Positions 54,007 to 59,118 of a stretch of 59,118 bases of DNA are shown piece by piece (position 1 is the first letter of the stretch; the number at the start of each line of letters is the position of its first letter). The position numbers and the translations under genes were made by a program. The notes under the pieces were generated by a model. The model worked only from the letters and a program-made list of their open reading frames with translations. It ran no database searches and had not been told where the DNA came from. This stretch comes from Streptomyces virus LukeCage (Duplodnaviria; Heunggongvirae; Uroviricota; Caudoviricetes). The stretch covers positions 1-59,118 of the IMG/VR virus record IMGVR_UViG_2974629454_000001. One strand, 5' to 3'.

Positions 54007-54291
54007 ATGGCAACTACTAAGGCCAAGTACACACCTTTTGGTGACCGAGTAAATCCCGGTGTAGCGATCATCCAAGCTGCTAACGCCCTTGACGTGGCGG
54101 CTGCATTTGCGGTAGAGTCTAGAGACTCAGACGCACTTCTTAAGGTAGCGGCCATGTGGGTTGATATCAGCGGACGACTGGTGTATGATGATGACGAGGA
54201 CGGCGAAGACGTACTAGAAGGCGAACGTCGTCCATTTGGTTTTTCAACGACGAGCGACATCGGAGAGGAGGACGACGAATATAATGAGTGA
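54007..54291 (+). CDS. Hypothetical protein
   Basis: 94 aa in an operon. Confidence 0.7.
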   Translation: MATTKAKYTPFGDRVNPGVAIIQAANALDVAAAFAVESRDSDALLKVAAMWVDISGRLVYDDDEDGEDVLEGERRPFGFSTTSDIGEEDDEYNE

Positions 54292-54484
54292 AAAGGTAAG
54301 CTGGGGAATCACGTATAAGCACAACCTTGGCAATTTCCAGAATGTTGATATTACGGCTGGTGCAGAGACTGATCTTCTGCCAGGAGAAACGGTGGATGAA
54401 GGTCTTAAGCGAGTCTCAGACGATGTTCTTGGAAGCTTCTTTTCAAGGCTAACAGAGATTGTTGATACTCTGGAGGATAAGTGA
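54284..54484 (+). CDS. Hypothetical protein
   Basis: Start moved to MSEKVSW; NLGNFQN motif. Confidence 0.7.
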   Translation: MSEKVSWGITYKHNLGNFQNVDITAGAETDLLPGETVDEGLKRVSDDVLGSFFSRLTEIVDTLEDK

Positions 54485-54828
54485 ATCAGAGACAGCAGGC
54501 TCACGCCCTGATCTCACTGTACAAGAAGCTGTATAAGGAGCGATATGGAATTGATTCTTCCGTGAACTCCTATTCAGCACAGTGGGGTTTCATGACAGCG
54601 ATGAACGATCTAAAGTATCCTGTACTGCGAGAAGTTCTCGAATACTACTTCACTTGCGACGCAAATGGACACAATATCGACAACTTCTTCCACCGATACA
54701 TGGAACTGAACAAGATGCGCTTGGATCTGATCAAGGATGCCGAGAAGCGCAAGCAAATCATGGCTGAGACAGCCGAGCGAGTTCGAAGGATGGAGGAACG
54801 TGCCAACAACAGCGGAGAAGCTAATTAA
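54481..54828 (+). CDS. Hypothetical protein upstream of the helicase
   Basis: 115 aa, GTGA overlap. Confidence 0.7.
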   Translation: MNQRQQAHALISLYKKLYKERYGIDSSVNSYSAQWGFMTAMNDLKYPVLREVLEYYFTCDANGHNIDNFFHRYMELNKMRLDLIKDAEKRKQIMAETAERVRRMEERANNSGEAN

Positions 54829-56020
54829 TTCAGTCTGCGCGACAAAGCAGATTGCTCCACTAATGGCGGACAACGTTGACGATCTATTCGGTCCTTTCCG
54901 GGACGTGTGGATCTCAATGCGTCAGTATTACATGCAGTACAAGTCCATCCCGGACATCACCGTTCTGACTGATAAGTTCAAGCAGCTAGAGGCAGTGCAG
55001 GCTGACGCCGAACCTGCCTTCTATCTGGAGGAGCTAAAGTCAGAATTCCTGTACTCTCGCATGGATGAAATCATGCAGAAGGGTATGGGGGCGCTAGACA
55101 AGTACGCACCTGCTCAGGTTCTTGATAAGCTGATGCAGGAGCTAGGCAATCTTGGTCGATTCACAAACAACGTTCGTGACCTTGATATCACTGACTACGA
55201 GCAGGCCGAGAGACACCTTCTAACCGTCAAGGAAAAGGCGGCGGTAACAGGTGCAGTCGGTATCAAGACGAACGTTAAAGCAATTGATGCAGCCTATCCT
55301 ACGGGCATGGCTGGTGGCCACTTCATCGTAGCTATTGGTTGGCCTGGCCGTGGTAAGACATGGTTCACTGCCTATCTAGCTATTCAGGCGTGGCTACAAG
55401 GCTACAAGCCAATGATCGTCTCTCTTGAGATGAGTCCTGAGAACATGCGAGACCGAATCTATACGATGATGGCCTCTGGTCTGTTCTCCGCCACTGACTT
55501 TGCTCGTGGACAAATCAACATCGACAACTTCCGCGAGTGGGGAAAGAAGTCTCTTGCTGAAAAGCCAGCCTTCACCATCGTTTCTAACGAAGGTGTTGGT
55601 GACGTAACTCCTAACGTCGTACAGGGCAAGATTGAACAGCACAGGCCAGACATTGTGATCTGTGACTATCACCAGCTCTTTACCGACAATGCAAAGTCAG
55701 CTAACCCTACTCAGCGAAACATGATGCTTTCAAAGGAATTTAAGCGTCTAGCCATGACGAACAACATTCCTCTGATCGACATCACTGCTGCTACTAACAA
55801 CGATGGTATCTCAGGTCAGGACAACCCTCCGATGCTGAGCCAGGTTGCATGGTCCAAGCAGATCGAGTATGATGCTGATATGGCCTTCGCGGTCCACCGT
55901 GACAACGACAGCGGCCTGATTGAAGTTATTTCCAGAAAGAACCGTCATGGTTCAGACTTCGGGTTCTTCCTTGAGGCTGACCTTGATCGCGGTATCTGGA
56001 AGGAAAGTTACGGCGCGTAA
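54800..56020 (+). CDS. dnaB: DnaB-like replicative helicase
   Basis: Walker A GWPGRGKT, SLEM, IVICDY.QL, S.QIE.DAD, RKNRHG; GGAGG RBS before GTG. Confidence 0.92.
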   Translation: MPTTAEKLINSVCATKQIAPLMADNVDDLFGPFRDVWISMRQYYMQYKSIPDITVLTDKFKQLEAVQADAEPAFYLEELKSEFLYSRMDEIMQKGMGALDKYAPAQVLDKLMQELGNLGRFTNNVRDLDITDYEQAERHLLTVKEKAAVTGAVGIKTNVKAIDAAYPTGMAGGHFIVAIGWPGRGKTWFTAYLAIQAWLQGYKPMIVSLEMSPENMRDRIYTMMASGLFSATDFARGQINIDNFREWGKKSLAEKPAFTIVSNEGVGDVTPNVVQGKIEQHRPDIVICDYHQLFTDNAKSANPTQRNMMLSKEFKRLAMTNNIPLIDITAATNNDGISGQDNPPMLSQVAWSKQIEYDADMAFAVHRDNDSGLIEVISRKNRHGSDFGFFLEADLDRGIWKESYGA

Positions 56021-56326
56021 ATGATGCATAGTCATGTCAAAAGGTTTCAGGTGGACGGAATTATCAGAGATGATTCCGACTTTCCACGGCTGAGAGCACA
56101 ATTTGAAGGCATGCTGCTGACTGAAATGCGCGACCGTGGATGGGCTCCAATCCTTGATTTGGGGCCTTACTTTTCAACTGAATATAGAGAAGACGGATCA
56201 TATAACTTTCTGATCACAGCATATGGGATATTTCTAGGGAGGCGAAAGGCTTGGGAGATCTCAGGGATATGCAATGGACAGGCAATACCAATGTCTACTC
56301 AGAGGAACAGATCGAAGCGGTCTTGA
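56021..56326 (+). CDS. Hypothetical protein between helicase and primase
   Basis: 101 aa in an operon. Confidence 0.7.
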   Translation: MMHSHVKRFQVDGIIRDDSDFPRLRAQFEGMLLTEMRDRGWAPILDLGPYFSTEYREDGSYNFLITAYGIFLGRRKAWEISGICNGQAIPMSTQRNRSKRS

Positions 56327-57327
56327 ATGACCTCGGTCTAGAAATTGACTCTGAAACGAGTAGGGATTTCATCTGCTTTTGTCCTTTCCACAACAACACG
56401 GAGACTCCAAGCTTTTCAGTTTCAAAGGCGACAGGAGTCTTCCTGTGCTTTAATGCCATGTGTTCCGAGCGTGGCAACTTGGTTGAGCTAGTCAAGAGAA
56501 AGTCAGCTTTTCCTCTCAAGGAGTTTGAAGCGATGCGCTTCATTCTCAAGAGGAAGACTGGAGCAAAGTTGACAGCTCAGCAGAAGATTGAGAAGATCAA
56601 GAAGCAGCGAGTTGATTTTGACACCATGCCCGCTGCTCCGTTTGATCGCATGTATGAATCATTCTGGTCTTATCCAGATGCAGTTCGCTACATGGTTGAA
56701 GAACGAGGATTCGATGAAGATGTTCTTCACGAGTTCTACATTGGATACTCTGCTAAGAACGACATGATCACCGTTCCGATGCACGATCCGGAAGGAAACT
56801 ACATCGGTCTGATCGGTCGTGCGCTTGAGTCTAAGCGTTTTAAGAATTCCACTGCACTTCCGGTTAGCCGGACAATGTGGAATTTGCACAGAGCAAAAAA
56901 GGCCGGTGACACAGTAATCATCTGTGAAGCTAGCTTTGATGCTATGAGAATCCATCAAGCTGGTTATCCAAATGTAGTAGCATTGCTAGGCGGAAACCTA
57001 AGTAATCTGCACATTGACTTGCTTGAACGGTATTTCTCAGGTATCGTGATCATGACGGACTTCGATGACAAGTCAAAGTACGTTCAGAAGAATTGCCGAA
57101 AGTGCGAAGACCCTAATGACTGCCAGGGTCACAATCCTGGTCGTGAGCTTGGAAATCTAATTGCCAGTCGAGTTCGTGGAAAGCGAGTTCGATGGGCGGC
57201 AACAGATTTCAAGCTTGTGTATCCTCATGGAGCTAAGGACGCAGGCGATATGACGGACGATGAAATTGTTCATTGCATCAAGAACAGTGTGTCCAATTTT
57301 GAGTATCAGCAGTGGAGATTGACCTAG
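56269..57327 (+). CDS. dnaG: DNA primase (CHC2 zinc finger plus Toprim)
   Basis: CPFH....PSF.V...CF...C; ICEA.FDA; VALLG; DFDD; KDAGD. Confidence 0.9.
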   Translation: MQWTGNTNVYSEEQIEAVLNDLGLEIDSETSRDFICFCPFHNNTETPSFSVSKATGVFLCFNAMCSERGNLVELVKRKSAFPLKEFEAMRFILKRKTGAKLTAQQKIEKIKKQRVDFDTMPAAPFDRMYESFWSYPDAVRYMVEERGFDEDVLHEFYIGYSAKNDMITVPMHDPEGNYIGLIGRALESKRFKNSTALPVSRTMWNLHRAKKAGDTVIICEASFDAMRIHQAGYPNVVALLGGNLSNLHIDLLERYFSGIVIMTDFDDKSKYVQKNCRKCEDPNDCQGHNPGRELGNLIASRVRGKRVRWAATDFKLVYPHGAKDAGDMTDDEIVHCIKNSVSNFEYQQWRLT

Positions 57328-57405
57328 TCGTCCCTGATCTGCTATACTATTTATAGTAGGTTCGTTAGAAGCCTCAATAAATTAAACTAGGAGTAAATAA
57401 ACTAA

Positions 57406-58215
57406 ATGTCAGAACTAAAGGGTCTCGATGCAATCCGCGCTTACAAGAAGAAGATGGCCGAACAGGCGGCTGAGCGCGAGGAGCGAGCAAAGAATGCCGA
57501 TCGTCCAAAGCCTAAGTATCTCCGTCTTGGAGTTGACGAGTCTGTAAAGGTTCGTTTTCTACAGGAGATGGACACTGAGGCAAGGAATTACGATCCCAAC
57601 AAGGGTGTTGGTGTTGGTGCAGTTGAGCACCAGGGCCTAGATGGGAACTTCAAGTTCCGTGCAAATTGCACGATTGAAACCGACAGGGACAATCGCTGCT
57701 GGGCCTGTGAGAAGGCTCGTGTAGCAAAGCAGGGAAGCAAGGAGAAGGGTTACAGTCAGCGTCGTAACTACTACATCAACGTTCTCGTTGATCGTGGTGA
57801 TGGCAATGAGCCAGAGGTTTATGTTCTAAGCCGTGGTCTAAACTCTTCATTCGTAGCTGACCTGATGGAGGAGACCGACGAAGAGGGCTCCATCACTGAG
57901 AAGACGTACAAGCTAACCCGTCGTGGTTCTGGTACTGACTCAACCTATTCTCTTCGTGAGGTAAAGAACGATACGACCTTTGACAAGTTCGACTTCGATA
58001 GCCTAGAGCTATTCGATATCGAGTCTCAGGTTCTTCGTAACATTCCTTACGAGACCGACTACGAGAAGAGGGTATTCAGTCAGGAGCAGTTCTACACTCA
58101 GTCTCCTGGTGACTGGAAGCGAATCTTCGCTAACGACGACGATGATGCTCAGCCTGCAACTGCTTCAACGCAGAAGGCTGACGATGCCGCTACCTCAATT
58201 GAGGTTGGTTGGTAA
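57406..58215 (+). CDS. Single-stranded DNA-binding protein (gp32-like, putative)
   Basis: Position, H...C..C..C Zn ligands, RYYINV, acidic C-terminal tail ending EVGW. Confidence 0.7.
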   Translation: MSELKGLDAIRAYKKKMAEQAAEREERAKNADRPKPKYLRLGVDESVKVRFLQEMDTEARNYDPNKGVGVGAVEHQGLDGNFKFRANCTIETDRDNRCWACEKARVAKQGSKEKGYSQRRNYYINVLVDRGDGNEPEVYVLSRGLNSSFVADLMEETDEEGSITEKTYKLTRRGSGTDSTYSLREVKNDTTFDKFDFDSLELFDIESQVLRNIPYETDYEKRVFSQEQFYTQSPGDWKRIFANDDDDAQPATASTQKADDAATSIEVGW

Positions 58216-58228
58216 TAGATTTGCGAGT

Positions 58229-58250
58229 GGCCCCCGAAAGGGGGCCTTCT
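58229..58250 (+). terminator. Intrinsic terminator
   Basis: GGCCCCC-GAAA-GGGGGCC-TTCT. Confidence 0.75.
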
Positions 58251-58308
58251 TGCTTGACAGCTCTGATCAGGGCTGATAGTGTAGACCTACACAACAAGAA
58301 AGGTAACC

Positions 58309-59118
58309 ATGAACATTACTGAGCTTCATCTTCATGATTACTACTCAGCTCTTGATGGATTGAATTCCCCCGATGAGTATATGGCTCGGGCCAAGGAGCT
58401 GGGGATGACACATCTTTCTCAGACTAACCACGGAACACTGGCAGGGCATCGAGACTTTCAGCGAGCGGCCAAGGATGCAGGCATTGTGCCTATTCTCGGC
58501 GTTGAGGCTTATATCTCCGAGACTGGTCGTTTCGATAAGACTGCCAAGAACAAGCGGACAGACGGTACCAGCGTCTACAATCACCTCATCATCCTTTCTC
58601 AGAATGAGACTGGACTCAAGACACTGCAAACCATTAACGAAATTGCGTGGCGCGAAGGATACTACTACAAGCCACGTATCGACATGGAGGTTCTTGAGGA
58701 GCACAATGACGGGCTGATCGTTCTGTCCGGATGTCTCAATGGACTCATCTGCAAGGCGCTTGAAGCTGGCAATGCCGAAAAGGCAATCAAGATTGCTCAG
58801 CGATTCAAGAGCATCTTTGGTGAGAGGTTCTTCATTGAGGTACAGGCTCACAATCCGCTGGAAATGAATCAGGGTCTTCTTCACATTGCAGACTCTCTCG
58901 ATATTCGCCCGGTGGTGACGAGTGACTGTCACTATGCTCGTAAGGAAGATCTGTGGATTGAAGAAGCAATGCTGATTCTCTCTACGAATCCTAAGAGCAT
59001 TAAAGACGGCGAGTTCAACATGGCCAAGTCTCAGAAGATGGAAATCATGGAGAGGTTTAATTACCTCTATCCTAACCGAACGATGACGTTCCAGGAAATT
59101 GAGATCTATCTGCGATCT
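58309..59118 (+). CDS. dnaE: DNA polymerase III alpha subunit, N-terminal PHP domain (runs off the window)
   Basis: Manual translation MNITELHLHDYYSALDG..T.HG..PILGVEAY..HL..L..N..G..L..YYKPRID..SGCL.G; no stop before the window end. Confidence 0.92.
   Translation, partial: MNITELHLHDYYSALDGLNSPDEYMARAKELGMTHLSQTNHGTLAGHRDFQRAAKDAGIVPILGVEAYISETGRFDKTAKNKRTDGTSVYNHLIILSQNETGLKTLQTINEIAWREGYYYKPRIDMEVLEEHNDGLIVLSGCLNGLICKALEAGNAEKAIKIAQRFKSIFGERFFIEVQAHNPLEMNQGLLHIADSLDIRPVVTSDCHYARKEDLWIEEAMLILSTNPKSIKDGEFNMAKSQKMEIMERFNYLYPNRTMTFQEIEIYLRS

Noticed and set aside
58345-58932. 195-aa minus-strand ORF
   Set aside because: Antisense to dnaE, which the track missed because it lacks a stop in the window.
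1-59118. Lysogeny module or terminase
   Set aside because: No integrase, repressor pair or terminase ATPase motifs recognised; they may lie outside the window.

Overview
Left about 59 kb of a large lytic siphovirus genome infecting Streptomyces or a related actinobacterium. The gene content and order resemble my recollection of the BE/BK-type Streptomyces phages; this was not checked against a database. There are four blocks. (1) About 1-12.2 kb is a GC-richer, leftward-transcribed early region, probably a long direct terminal repeat. It is built from promoter-gene-hairpin cassettes separated by a conserved CCG(GGG/CCC)CGG motif and encodes Lsr2-like, DUF932, GP88-like, ParB-N and two L7/L12-CTD-like proteins, many tiny ORFs and one rightward HNH gene. 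(2) About 12.3-17.7 kb holds leftward accessory genes: thyX, a four-TM DUF2637/SpdB-like protein whose gene carries 23 TGTCAC hexamers, dps, tRNA-Thr(CGT), a membrane-anchored HNH and a secreted lytic transglycosylase. (3) About 17.7-18.2 kb is a non-coding divergence region rich in hairpins, including a kissing-loop candidate. (4) From 18.2 kb to the end are rightward genes: glycosyltransferase, class II RNR, amidase-LysM endolysin, head and tail morphogenesis, tape measure, tail fibre, holin, DnaB, primase, SSB and the start of DnaE. I found no terminase, integrase or CRISPR array. All functional calls come from motif recognition by eye, all counts were made by eye, and several start codons and sub-60-aa ORFs were derived manually.
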